Program-made: the position numbers and the translations under genes
In this document: positions 27,569-36,966 of the stretch, piece by piece
How positions within the stretch are numbered: position 1 is the first letter of the stretch
Layout: every line of letters begins with the position of its first letter
Assembly: GCA_965223505.1 (NCBI GenBank)
Contig: CBDCWP010000008.1
Span: forward strand, 110,560-174,559
Direction: 5' to 3'
Length of the DNA: 64,000 bases
DNA from: Planctomycetota bacterium
Lineage (GTDB): Bacteria > Planctomycetota > PLA2 > JAEUHO01
The notes under the pieces: generated by a model
What the model was told of the DNA's origin: nothing
What the model saw: the letters and a program-made list of their open reading frames with translations, nothing else
Databases searched by the model: none

Positions 27569-28546
27569 CTACCTGGCCATCTGCTTCACCAACGCCTTGA
27601 GCTGCGCCACGTCCTGACGCAGCGCGCGCACGTCCGCGCGCAACGCGCGGACCTCGGCGAGCATCGCGTGGTCGCCGCGCGCTCGCTCGCGACTGCGCTG
27701 GTCCATCGCGGCCATCTGCTTGCGGACCTCCTCCGCCTGCCTCTGCATGCCGTTTCGCTGCAGGACCGCGATGGCCTGCTCCAGCTCGCGGCGCTCGCCG
27801 GCGCCGAGGTCGAACGCCCGCATGCGCGTCCCGCCGACGTAGGCGTTCGGGTTCTCCACCGAGAAGTCGATCCAGTCGGTCTTGCTGCCGGCCTTGCCGT
27901 CGCGCTCGAATAGGAAGCCCGGCTTGATGCGGTCCTCCGTTCCGAGGGAGATGACGTACGGGTTGCTCACCTTCGATGCCTTCCTTGCGTGATCGAGCGC
28001 CGAGCGGGCTTCGTCGACCTGCTGTCCGAGACTCGCGGCGAGTTGCTCGGCGCTTCGAAGGTCGTCCTTCGCCTTCATGACGCGCGGATGAACGCTCGCG
28101 AACGTCTCTTCGAGCGACGCGAGCCTGGCGCGGGCCGCGTCCAGAGCCTTCGTCGCTCTTGCGTAGCCGGCCTCCTTGTCTCGCAACGCCCTCGAGAGGC
28201 TGACCGTCTTCTCCTCCAGGAGCTTCCACTCGAACTTCCCGACTTCACCGGTCGCGCGCGGCCAGGCCGAGCTCTTACGCGCCCGCTCTGTTCGCGCCGC
28301 GTCGAGCCACCTCTTGGCGGCGGTCAGCTTCTCCGTTTCCCGCTCCGCGTCGGCGAACTTCTTCTCCGCCTTGAGGCGTTCGATGCGAACGGTGAGCGCT
28401 TCGATCTCGGCCTCCAGCTCGCGGATCTCCTTCGAGACGGCGGGCTTCGCCTTCTTCTTCTTGGCCGCGGTGTCGTCGTCGGCGCGCGCGACCGTTCCCC
28501 ACGCAACGAGCGCCGTCACCAGTACGAGTCCTACTGTCGTCCTCAT
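27569..28546 (-). CDS. Hypothetical secreted coiled-coil protein
   Basis: Signal peptide ending ARA-DDD; heptad-rich sequence; last gene of the blaI/M56 operon. Confidence 0.8.
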   Translation of the reverse strand: MRTTVGLVLVTALVAWGTVARADDDTAAKKKKAKPAVSKEIRELEAEIEALTVRIERLKAEKKFADAERETEKLTAAKRWLDAARTERARKSSAWPRATGEVGKFEWKLLEEKTVSLSRALRDKEAGYARATKALDAARARLASLEETFASVHPRVMKAKDDLRSAEQLAASLGQQVDEARSALDHARKASKVSNPYVISLGTEDRIKPGFLFERDGKAGSKTDWIDFSVENPNAYVGGTRMRAFDLGAGERRELEQAIAVLQRNGMQRQAEEVRKQMAAMDQRSRERARGDHAMLAEVRALRADVRALRQDVAQLKALVKQMAR

Positions 28547-28561
28547 CGTTTCGTTTCCTTT

Positions 28562-29869
28562 CTACCGTCGGTCCAAGAGCTGTTGCACGAGGCGGCGCAG
28601 GTCGCGCACGTCGTTGCGAAGCGCGGCGACCTCCTTGCGGAGCGCGTTCACCGCGTCGAGCGTCGCGTCGCGGCCCGCCGACGCGGCTTGCGCCTTCGTG
28701 AGGTCCGCGTTCATGCGCGCGATCTCCGTCTCGACCTCGCTTGCGCTATTCGTGAGCCCGGCCTCGAGCAGCGCGGCTCGCGCCGCCTCGAGCGACGTCA
28801 GCCGGCTCTCCAGCCGCCTGCGTTCGATGTCGTCGATCGCGGTGCGGCGACCGGCGTAGGCGGTGAGATCGGAATGGGGGCCTTCGTTCAGGAGCCTGGC
28901 CCTCGCAACCGGAACGCCCTTCCTATCGACCACGGTCCCTTGCAGGTCGCGCAGCGTCGCCTCGTCCTGTGCGAAGCGGTTGAGGTTGTCCGTGATCTTC
29001 GCGTTGATGCGCGCGAGCTTGGCGGTGTCACCCGAGTCCGCGATCGACTTCGCCTCGGCTTCGAGCGCCGCGTGCGCGGCATCGAGCGAGGCCAGCCGTT
29101 CATCCGCGATCTTGTGCTCCAGCGCCGTCCTCTCGACGAGGCGTCCGTCGGCCTCGAGCTGCGCTTGCGCGCTCAGATTGGCCAGCGCGACCCTGAAACG
29201 AGCCTTCTCCAGCTCCGACGCGTCCAAGAGCACCAGGAGGTCGCTCCCGTCCGTGATGAAGCGCGCGTTCGGCGCTTCCTTCTGAACGCGACGGAGGATG
29301 TCGTCTCGCGTCATGCCCGCCCGCAGCAGCGAACGAACGCTGGTCGTGTACATGTCGGCTCGTACGGACGTCGTGCGCGTGACCGTGTACGGTCCGAACC
29401 GATCGGAACGATGCCGGACGGCGCGCGCCAGTCCCGGCGTTCGTTTCACCAGATCCGCCAGGCCCGCTTCGAACGAGGCCAGCAGCGACTGGTGGACCGC
29501 GTGATGCTCCCGGGCGGCCTTGGCGTCCTTGCCGGCGTCGAGCAGCCGCCGAACCTCCGCGGCGGCATCGGCCACGGCCGCGCGCGCATCGTCGAGCTCG
29601 CGACGCGCGTCACTGAGCGCGTCCAGATGTTCGCGAATGCCGCAAGCGAGATTCGCGTCGAGCCGGCCTTGCTTGCGGTAGCGGCGCCACCACTTCCGGA
29701 ACGTCTGCGCTTCCGCGGACTGATTCGTCGCTCGAAGCTCGTCGAACAGGCTGTCGCAGAGATCGTTCTGGGCCTGAAGGGTCTCTTCTTCGGCGAATGC
29801 CGGCGTCGTCAGGGGCGGCAGCACTGCCGCGGCGATGCCGAGCACCGCGATTCGTGCCAGGTTCATCAT
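28562..29869 (-). CDS. Hypothetical secreted coiled-coil protein
   Basis: MMNLARIAVLGIAAAVLPPLTTPAFA-EE signal peptide; start overlaps the M56 stop (ATGA); heptad-rich. Confidence 0.8.
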   Translation of the reverse strand: MMNLARIAVLGIAAAVLPPLTTPAFAEEETLQAQNDLCDSLFDELRATNQSAEAQTFRKWWRRYRKQGRLDANLACGIREHLDALSDARRELDDARAAVADAAAEVRRLLDAGKDAKAAREHHAVHQSLLASFEAGLADLVKRTPGLARAVRHRSDRFGPYTVTRTTSVRADMYTTSVRSLLRAGMTRDDILRRVQKEAPNARFITDGSDLLVLLDASELEKARFRVALANLSAQAQLEADGRLVERTALEHKIADERLASLDAAHAALEAEAKSIADSGDTAKLARINAKITDNLNRFAQDEATLRDLQGTVVDRKGVPVARARLLNEGPHSDLTAYAGRRTAIDDIERRRLESRLTSLEAARAALLEAGLTNSASEVETEIARMNADLTKAQAASAGRDATLDAVNALRKEVAALRNDVRDLRRLVQQLLDRR

Positions 29870-31230
29870 TTCGCTCCTTTCAGCGCGGTGTAGCGCTCGC
29901 GCATCGATTGCGCGCGTTTCCGTACGCGTTCCAGCGCGGCCGTGAGCGCCGCGTCGTCGCCCAGCGTCGCGATGAGCTCGACGAGCTTCGTCACTTCCGC
30001 ATCCGCCGCCTCGATCTCCCCGCCCAACAGCTCCAGTGCACCCTCGAGCGTGTCGGCGTGCGCGGGCGTCGGCGACGACGGTTCGCCCGGCTGCGCGCCC
30101 GGCTGCGCGATCGCCGAGAAGGACGGCGCGGCGCCCGCGACGGTCATCAGCACGACGGCTGCGGCGAACAACGCGCCGCGCGCGGACCGCCGAGAGACGG
30201 CGACGTCGCTGCGAACGAGCCGGCGCACACGCCGGCCGAGCATGCTCTCGCTCTGGGCCATCGACGGCACGACGACGGGGCGGCGGCGTGCGACCATCCA
30301 GCCCGCGACCTCCGTCAGGCACTCGGCCAGGGCGATGGGACGCCCGGTGCGATCGACGGCCCAGTCGTCGCACAGCAGTTCCGCCGTCTCGCGCAGCTTG
30401 CGCGCGGCCAGGCGATTGAGCGGCTGGAAGAAGCACAGCGCGCAGACGAGGTGCTCCGCGAACAGCCAGAAGGAGTCCGCCCGCACGATGTGCCCCATCT
30501 CGTGCGCGATCATCGCCTCCTGCTGGTCGGCGGTGAGGCCTGCCACGGCCCGTGTCGGGACGCAGATCTCGGGGCGCCGCAAGCCGAGCGCAACCGGACT
30601 CTCGAGCGCGGTCGTCGTGCTCAACGCGACGTGCCGACGCAAGCCGGCCGTCGCGCGAAGTCGTGTGACCAGCGTCTGCAGCGGTCCTGTGCGAAGCGGC
30701 TCACGCCTCGCGATGCGCGCGCGCAGGCTGCGGCGGGCGCGGCGGATGCGCAGCACCAGGCACGCTGCGACGGCGAACCAAAGCGTCCCGAACACGAGCG
30801 GCCAAGCAACGGCGGCGCGGTCCTCGTTCTTCGGACGGGTCGTGTGCGCAACGTGCGCGGACGCGATCTCGCTCGGTACGCCCGGCTCGAAGCGCTCGAC
30901 CTCGACGACCTCGTGTTCGACGACGGGCGTGATGAAGCCCCCGTGCTCGAGCGGGGCCGCATCGAGCGGAGCCGGTGCGCGGGTGATCTCCATGTCGATG
31001 CGTCCGCCCACCGGATCGAGATCCAGGCCGATCTGCAGCGAGGCGGTGACGAACGCACCGAACAACGCCGTGCGCCAGATGGTCTCCTTCGCATGCGCAC
31101 TCAGGCGCGTCGCGAAGCGGGTGAGCAACCACGCACCCGCGAGCAGCACGGTGCTGTGAACGAGGTACGTGACGAGCCAAGGCGCCGCCGCGGCGAACCA
31201 GCCCTGAAGCATGGCGAGAAGGTCATGCAT
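29866..31230 (-). CDS. BlaR1/MecR1-type M56 membrane metallopeptidase without a penicillin-binding domain
   Basis: TM segments, SPVALGLRRPEICVP, AHEMGHIVRAD (HExxH), FFQPL, ELLCDDWAV, LGRRVRRL; short C-terminal helical tail. Confidence 0.92.
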   Translation of the reverse strand: MHDLLAMLQGWFAAAAPWLVTYLVHSTVLLAGAWLLTRFATRLSAHAKETIWRTALFGAFVTASLQIGLDLDPVGGRIDMEITRAPAPLDAAPLEHGGFITPVVEHEVVEVERFEPGVPSEIASAHVAHTTRPKNEDRAAVAWPLVFGTLWFAVAACLVLRIRRARRSLRARIARREPLRTGPLQTLVTRLRATAGLRRHVALSTTTALESPVALGLRRPEICVPTRAVAGLTADQQEAMIAHEMGHIVRADSFWLFAEHLVCALCFFQPLNRLAARKLRETAELLCDDWAVDRTGRPIALAECLTEVAGWMVARRRPVVVPSMAQSESMLGRRVRRLVRSDVAVSRRSARGALFAAAVVLMTVAGAAPSFSAIAQPGAQPGEPSSPTPAHADTLEGALELLGGEIEAADAEVTKLVELIATLGDDAALTAALERVRKRAQSMRERYTALKGAK

Positions 31231-31618
31231 CGGAAGCTCCCTTCTCGCGCTTGGACAGCAGCGCTTTCAGCCGCGTGATCTCGTCCGCGTCGATCTCGCC
31301 CTCGGAGAGGAGGTGGTTGACCAGCGCGGCCGCGTCGCCTTCGAACATGCGGTCCATCAGGTCCGACACCATCGAGCGCCGCACCGCGTTCTCGTCCACC
31401 GCGGCGCGATAGACGAACGTGCGCCCCTGCTCACGGCGCTTGACTACGCCCCGTTTCTCCAGACGCGAGAGCATCGTCGCCACGGTCGTGAGCGCGAGCG
31501 CCCGGTCGTCCTGCAGCGCCCGTTGCACCTGCGCGACCGTCGCCTCCCCCTCGTCCCAAAGCACTCGCAACAACGCGAGCTGTAGCTCGCTCAGCGAACG
31601 CGGCCGCTGCTTGCTCAT
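31223..31618 (-). CDS. BlaI/MecI/CopY-family transcriptional repressor
   Basis: LSELQLALLRVLW..GEATVAQV, LALTTVATMLSRLEKRG.V.R...GRTFVY, FEGDAAALVNHL. Confidence 0.95.
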   Translation of the reverse strand: MSKQRPRSLSELQLALLRVLWDEGEATVAQVQRALQDDRALALTTVATMLSRLEKRGVVKRREQGRTFVYRAAVDENAVRRSMVSDLMDRMFEGDAAALVNHLLSEGEIDADEITRLKALLSKREKGASDA

Positions 31619-31637
31619 CGCGCCCTCCCGGGATTCG

Positions 31638-31665
31638 ACTACACTTGTAGTACGACAACTGTAGT
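31638..31665. promoter_or_regulatory. Tandem BlaI/CopY-type operator (TACAnnTGTA boxes)
   Basis: ACTACA-CT-TGTAGT (31638-31651, perfectly inverted 6-bp arms) directly followed by ACGACA-AC-TGTAGT (31652-31665), about 20 bp upstream of the blaI start; matches the established BlaI/MecI/cop-box consensus. Confidence 0.88.
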
Positions 31666-31748
31666 CATGACCTGGGGCGCGTCAAGTGGGGAAAATCGAG
31701 GCGGGGCCAAGACCCCTCGCGCGACCAGCGGTCCGCTGCGCCTCGAGC

Positions 31749-34505
31749 CTACTCCTCGGGCACGTGGATGAAGTCGCCGCCCCCGATCGCGGCCAGCTTG
31801 CGCAGGAACTCGAGGTCGACGCCCAGGTTGCCGAAGGCGACGACGTGCAGCTTCACCTTCGCGAAGCGGTTCAGGTTGCGGAACCAGCCGAGCAGTTCCG
31901 GCGTGGACGTGATCTCGCCGCGGGTGGGGGAGCCGTCGGTCAGGAAGTAGACCGTGTCCGGGATGTTGTCGAGCGACGCGCTGAGCGTCGGCTTGTCGTG
32001 AAGCCCCAACGCGGCCTTCAGCGCGCCGTGGATGTTGGTCTCGCCGTTGGCGGGGGCCTGGAGCACCGCCGACGCGGCCGCGTTCACGTTGCCCTGCGAG
32101 GCGGGCACCAGGTTCTTCTTCCACGGGCGCACGTCGGTGGAGAAGAACACGAGGTTGAAACGAACTTGCGGCTTGAGCGACTTGATCGTCCCCGCGAGCA
32201 CCTCCTTGGCGACCATCATGCGCGTACCCGTGAGCGGTATGTCGCCGAGCTTGGTCGACGCGCCCTTGGGGATGGTGATGTTCTTCTCCATCGAGCTGCT
32301 GACGTCGAACACGAAGCCGACGCTGCGCGAGAAGATGCGCCGCCCGTAGTAGTGCGGCTCGTCCTTGTCGCCGCCCTTCGGATCGGCGTACCGCGCGTCC
32401 GCGGGGTTGGGCGGCGGCGGTCGGTTCGGATCGAACCCGCCGTGCTTCTCCTTCTGGCCCTTCCACCACTTCTCCCATGTCGCGGCGTTCTTGCCGAGGT
32501 CGTCGCCCGACACGGCGCGCAGCGCGCGCAGGTACTCACGCTCGAGCCGGCCGCGCTCGAGTGAGTAGCGCGCGATCAACCCGTCCATGCAGTTGTCGGT
32601 GCCGTAGGCGGCCAGCGCGCGCGCCACGGTCAGGCGCACCTGCCAAGAGCCGTGATTGATGCGTTCGATCGTCTTCAGGCTGGCCTCGTCGCTGCGCGTA
32701 CCGAACGTCGCGCACGCGTCGGCGATGCACATCCACGTCTTCGGCTTCCGCTCCGAGAGGGCGGCGACCAGCGGGGCGAAGCTGGCGTCGTCCCCGATCT
32801 CACCCAGGGCGAACGCCGCGTTGGCCTTGGCCAGCCAGAAGCTGTCCTTCAGCATCGCTTCGAGGCGTTCGCGGGCCGGCGCGTGCTTGAGCATGCCCAG
32901 CGCGCGGGCGACGCCGGCGCGCGCCAGCTTCTTCTTGTGGTCGAGCCCCTCCGTGCGCAGCCACGCCAGCACGTCGTCTGCTTCGGTCTGGGAGAGCACG
33001 TTGAGGATCGTCTCGCGCACCAGGTCCGACGGGTGGTCGAGGCGACCGACGACGACCTCGGCCATGCGGACGTCTTCGATGCGGTCCACGCCGCGAATGA
33101 GCCCGGCGAGCACGTCGGCGTCCTCGGTGGACTGGATGCGGCCGCGCTCGCGCCGCCCGGGGGCGTCCGGGTCCTCCGAGTCGGCGCGCACTTCGCCCAT
33201 GGTCTTGCGGCCGCCCGTCAAGCGCGCTTTCCAACGCTTGTGAAAGTCGTCCGGCGTGATGCCGAGCACGTCCTTGAACGCGACGCCCTCGTCGTTCTTG
33301 TAGCGAATGCTCTTCAGCACGTCGAGCCAGCGGGCGTTGTCCTCCCGCAGCATGAGGTCCATGATCGACCAGGCGCGAATGTGGTCGTTGTACGAGAGGT
33401 GCCCCAGCGAATCGCGCGCGAAGAACGTCTCGATCGGGTCCAGCTTGCGGGCCGCCAACGAGCGCGACTTCTTGTACCAGTCCTTGCCGCTGCCCGACGG
33501 GGCCGTCGTCTCGTTGCTACAGAACGTCGCGTAGTCCTTCTGCGGCTCCGGCAGCTTTTCGAGGAAGTGCGCGGCGCCCACGAAGGCCCACTTCGGGCAT
33601 GCCCGCTCGCTGGGGTCGACGTGGATCCAGCAGGAAAACAACAAGTGACCGATCATGTGCCGGCAGAGGCCGTGCAGCCCCACGTCGCTGCGTTGCTCCT
33701 GCAGGGACCCCACGAAGCCGTTTCCGCAGAACCCCTTGGCGACACGCGAATTGTCGCTCGCCCCGTAGACCATGTCGGTGTTCGCGGAGCCCAGGTAGCT
33801 CTGGGCGAACGCTTCCGCGGTGCGGTGCTTGAGCGTGATGTAGACGCCCATCGGCTTGGCCAGCCGAATGCGTCCCTTGAAGTAGTGCGCGAAGTCGTTG
33901 TACGCGGCCTCGCAGCGCTCGGCGTACAGGTGCGCGACCTCGTGCGCGCTCGCGACCCGGGGCGCGCCACCCTTGGTCTTGATCTTCATCTTCTTGTCGA
34001 TGTCGGTGAGCACGTAGAAGTGCCGCGTCACCGCGAGGACGTATTTGTGTTTCTTGCCGTGGCCCTCGATCTTGAGCTGCCGTTCGAGCGTGGCCAGGAC
34101 CTTCGGGTCGCGGCCGCCGATCAGCTCGTCGCAGGCGTCGCACGACTCGTCCTTCCAGCACTCGCTGCACTGGATGCCGTACGAATAGGCGTGGCGCTTG
34201 AAGAAACACTCCTTCTTCTGGCTGCCCCAGCAAACGCCGCTCGTGCCCCTCGGTCGATCCTTGGATGCGCAGTCGCCGTTGGCGATCAGCAGCCCGCACC
34301 GCGGCGGGTCGGCCGGCGGCCGCATGGGGGAGCGCAGGTACTCCCACGACGCCTGGCCGTCGCGGCACAGGCACCGGCCCGGCTTGCGCTTCTTGACGTA
34401 GTGCGTCTCCTTGTCGTCGTCGCCCTGCGCGGGCGCCGAGCTCAGCAGCGGTGCGAGGAAGAGCGCGGCGAGGACCGGGAGCAGGAGCAGGAGATGCGGG
34501 CGCAT
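31749..34505 (-). CDS. Secreted multidomain protein: Cys-rich domain, degenerate gluzincin-like domain, HEAT repeats, VWA domain
   Basis: Signal peptide MRPHLLLLLPVLAALF; about 10 Cys in the first ~120 aa; HMIGH...PKWAFVGAAHF; HEAT repeats (W.VR..A.AL type); MIDAS DVSSSM...T...FLTDG. Confidence 0.85.
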   Translation of the reverse strand: MRPHLLLLLPVLAALFLAPLLSSAPAQGDDDKETHYVKKRKPGRCLCRDGQASWEYLRSPMRPPADPPRCGLLIANGDCASKDRPRGTSGVCWGSQKKECFFKRHAYSYGIQCSECWKDESCDACDELIGGRDPKVLATLERQLKIEGHGKKHKYVLAVTRHFYVLTDIDKKMKIKTKGGAPRVASAHEVAHLYAERCEAAYNDFAHYFKGRIRLAKPMGVYITLKHRTAEAFAQSYLGSANTDMVYGASDNSRVAKGFCGNGFVGSLQEQRSDVGLHGLCRHMIGHLLFSCWIHVDPSERACPKWAFVGAAHFLEKLPEPQKDYATFCSNETTAPSGSGKDWYKKSRSLAARKLDPIETFFARDSLGHLSYNDHIRAWSIMDLMLREDNARWLDVLKSIRYKNDEGVAFKDVLGITPDDFHKRWKARLTGGRKTMGEVRADSEDPDAPGRRERGRIQSTEDADVLAGLIRGVDRIEDVRMAEVVVGRLDHPSDLVRETILNVLSQTEADDVLAWLRTEGLDHKKKLARAGVARALGMLKHAPARERLEAMLKDSFWLAKANAAFALGEIGDDASFAPLVAALSERKPKTWMCIADACATFGTRSDEASLKTIERINHGSWQVRLTVARALAAYGTDNCMDGLIARYSLERGRLEREYLRALRAVSGDDLGKNAATWEKWWKGQKEKHGGFDPNRPPPPNPADARYADPKGGDKDEPHYYGRRIFSRSVGFVFDVSSSMEKNITIPKGASTKLGDIPLTGTRMMVAKEVLAGTIKSLKPQVRFNLVFFSTDVRPWKKNLVPASQGNVNAAASAVLQAPANGETNIHGALKAALGLHDKPTLSASLDNIPDTVYFLTDGSPTRGEITSTPELLGWFRNLNRFAKVKLHVVAFGNLGVDLEFLRKLAAIGGGDFIHVPEE

Positions 34506-34516
34506 GGGCTGACATC

Positions 34517-34541
34517 GTAGGGGCAGCCGTAGTGGCTGCCC
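34517..34541 (+). repeat. GTAG-type REP singlet
   Basis: GTAG-GGGCAGCC-gtagt-GGCTGCCC: same 4+8+5+8 geometry as the units at 24446 and 24507. Confidence 0.65.
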
Positions 34542-34593
34542 ACGGGACAAGTCGTCTCGCGCGGTTCCCCGTGCTCGAAGGACGCTGAAAGTC

Positions 34594-36966
34594 CTATTCG
34601 CGGGTCAGCATCCGCATCGCGCGCGCCGGCGTGACGCGTCGCGAGGCCCGCCAGGCGGGCAGCGCGCCCAGCGGCATAAGGACCAGCGCGAGGCCGATCA
34701 TCAGGACGATGAGCCACGCGGGCGTGAGCAGTGTCATTCGATAGTGATTCGCCTGTTCGATCCGGTGTAGCAGCCACCGGGCCAGCAGGGGGGCCGCGGG
34801 CAACGCCAACAACAGCGCCACGATGCCTCGCGACATCACCTCCGTCAGGCACAAGCCGAGCAACGCGCGATTGCGCCACCCGAGCGCCTGCAGCACCGCC
34901 AGATCCGGCGCGCGATCCCCGGCGTCGAGCGCGGCGAGGATCGCCAGGAACAGCACCGCCACGCCGATCGACATGAACAGGCCCCAGCGCAGCACGGCCT
35001 CGCTCCCCTCGAAATTGGCTTCGACCTGGGAGCGGGCCCGGTTCATCGCGAAGACGGTTTCGATCTTGGGAGTGTTCCAGAGTGCCGATTCGAGTTCTTC
35101 GTCGGGGAGATCGGACCTCACCTGGCTCGATGTCGCGGCCTCGGACAGGCCGAAGAGGTTGCGGCCCGTCTCCAGGGGGATGACGGCCAAGCCGAGGCTG
35201 ACGCCGTCGAGCACGCCCACGACGCGCAGATCGACGCCCTCGGGCGAGTTGGCGAACGGGAAGCAGCTGATGTCGTCGCCGACGTCGAGGCCTTCTTCCT
35301 TCGCGATCCAGTGATCGATCACGACCTCGTTCGCGTACACGTCTTCGAACACGCGTCCGCGCGCCAGCTTGAGCTTCTTCAACCAGCCGTCGAGCCCGAC
35401 GGACATCACGCGCCGAAAGCGCGGCCCTTCGCCGTACTCGAGCACCGCGAGCTTCGTGATGACCGGCTCCGCGTACCCGTCGGCGAGCCGAGACGCCTCG
35501 GCGAGCACGTCGTCGCCGACGGGATCGGTGAAGTTCAGCGTCGCATCGACACCGAGGCGATCGACCGAGGCGGTCACCTCGGCACGATGCGTGACGTGCA
35601 CCAACAAGAAGGCGAGCACGACGGAGAAGATGCCGCCGAGCCCGAGGACCGCGCCCGCGGTCGCCCAACGGCGGCGCATGATGTTGGTCAAGCCGAGCAC
35701 GACGGCGATGGGTAGCCGCAACAGGTCGCGCAATCTTGCCGCGAGCCCGACCAGAAACCGTTGGTCCTCTCCGAGGACCGTCGTCACCGACGGGCGCAAC
35801 AGGCTCGAAGGCCTGCAGCGCGCGGCCGCGACGACGGGCACGACGCACGCGAGCAGCGAAACGCCGACACAGGCCGCGATCACCAGCGGCAGTGCGGGAC
35901 CGGGTCCGTTGTCGATCAGCGGCGCGTAGCCGACGCTATCGGCGTAGCCCGAGAAGATGTGCCGCGAGAAGGCGCCGTGGGCCACCGCGCCGAGCAGCGC
36001 GCCGACGAGCGTCGGTACGATCGAGAAGCTCATGAACCCCAGGGCGACCCGCCCCGGGCCGTGGCCCATGGCCAGCAACGTGCCGATCGTCTTTTCTTGC
36101 CGCTGCACGAGACGCACGTGCGTCAGCACGAGGAGCACGAGCGCGATCAACACCAGCAATACGGCGACGGCCGGCATGTAGATGTCGTACGTGCGAATGA
36201 TCATCTCGGTGAACATCCGCGACGGATCCTTCTCCAGCGGCTGAACACGTTGAATCGCGACCGGCAGCGCCTCGATGAGCCCCTGCTCGACGGTCGCCAG
36301 GTCCACGTCGTCCCGCAGGCGGAAGAGCAGCGAGTTCACGCGGTGCGAGTGCTCGATGTCCGCGATGGTGGCTTTGGAGACGCCCAGCACCGCGACCGTC
36401 CCGCGCAGCGGCAGGATGTACTCGGGGTGGGCCGGGTAGAGAAAGTGCTCCGGCGTCAGCGAGATGCCCACGACCGGCAGGTCGAACGTGTGCTCGCCGA
36501 CGGTGACGGTGACTCGGTCGCCCAGCTCCGCGCCGTGCACGGTCTGGCAGCTGCGATCGACGACCGCTGCCTTCTCGTCGGGGTGCGGGTACCGGCCTTC
36601 CAGCAGCTGTAGGCGATTGAGCTTCGGCTCGTCCGAGGGCAACACGCGGATCAGCGCAGGCAGCGCGCGCTCGCTGTCCGTCATCTCGACGCGGCCCTCG
36701 AGCAGCAGGCGCTCTTCAGCGGCCTCGATGCCGTCGATGTCCGCCGCGCTCGCGACGGCGTCCGGCAGCGTCGGCGAGCACACGATCTCGATGTCGGCCA
36801 TGTGCAGCCGCTCGTACCAACCTTCGCGCGTATCGAGCAGCATGGCGCGTGCGCGCATCCCGCCGCACACCAAGACGACGACGATGGTGACGAGCAGCGC
36901 GACGCCGATCGCCTGCCAGCGTGTCGCCCACAGGTCGCGCCACGATTTGCGCACCAACGAGGTCAC
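34594..36966 (-). CDS. FtsX/MacB-family ABC transporter permease (two halves)
   Basis: GTGA overlap with the ATPase; LVRKSWRDLW, two periplasmic domains, IGTLLAMG and LAVLQALG EAA-like motifs, final VTPARAMR. Confidence 0.88.
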   Translation of the reverse strand: MTSLVRKSWRDLWATRWQAIGVALLVTIVVVLVCGGMRARAMLLDTREGWYERLHMADIEIVCSPTLPDAVASAADIDGIEAAEERLLLEGRVEMTDSERALPALIRVLPSDEPKLNRLQLLEGRYPHPDEKAAVVDRSCQTVHGAELGDRVTVTVGEHTFDLPVVGISLTPEHFLYPAHPEYILPLRGTVAVLGVSKATIADIEHSHRVNSLLFRLRDDVDLATVEQGLIEALPVAIQRVQPLEKDPSRMFTEMIIRTYDIYMPAVAVLLVLIALVLLVLTHVRLVQRQEKTIGTLLAMGHGPGRVALGFMSFSIVPTLVGALLGAVAHGAFSRHIFSGYADSVGYAPLIDNGPGPALPLVIAACVGVSLLACVVPVVAAARCRPSSLLRPSVTTVLGEDQRFLVGLAARLRDLLRLPIAVVLGLTNIMRRRWATAGAVLGLGGIFSVVLAFLLVHVTHRAEVTASVDRLGVDATLNFTDPVGDDVLAEASRLADGYAEPVITKLAVLEYGEGPRFRRVMSVGLDGWLKKLKLARGRVFEDVYANEVVIDHWIAKEEGLDVGDDISCFPFANSPEGVDLRVVGVLDGVSLGLAVIPLETGRNLFGLSEAATSSQVRSDLPDEELESALWNTPKIETVFAMNRARSQVEANFEGSEAVLRWGLFMSIGVAVLFLAILAALDAGDRAPDLAVLQALGWRNRALLGLCLTEVMSRGIVALLLALPAAPLLARWLLHRIEQANHYRMTLLTPAWLIVLMIGLALVLMPLGALPAWRASRRVTPARAMRMLTRE

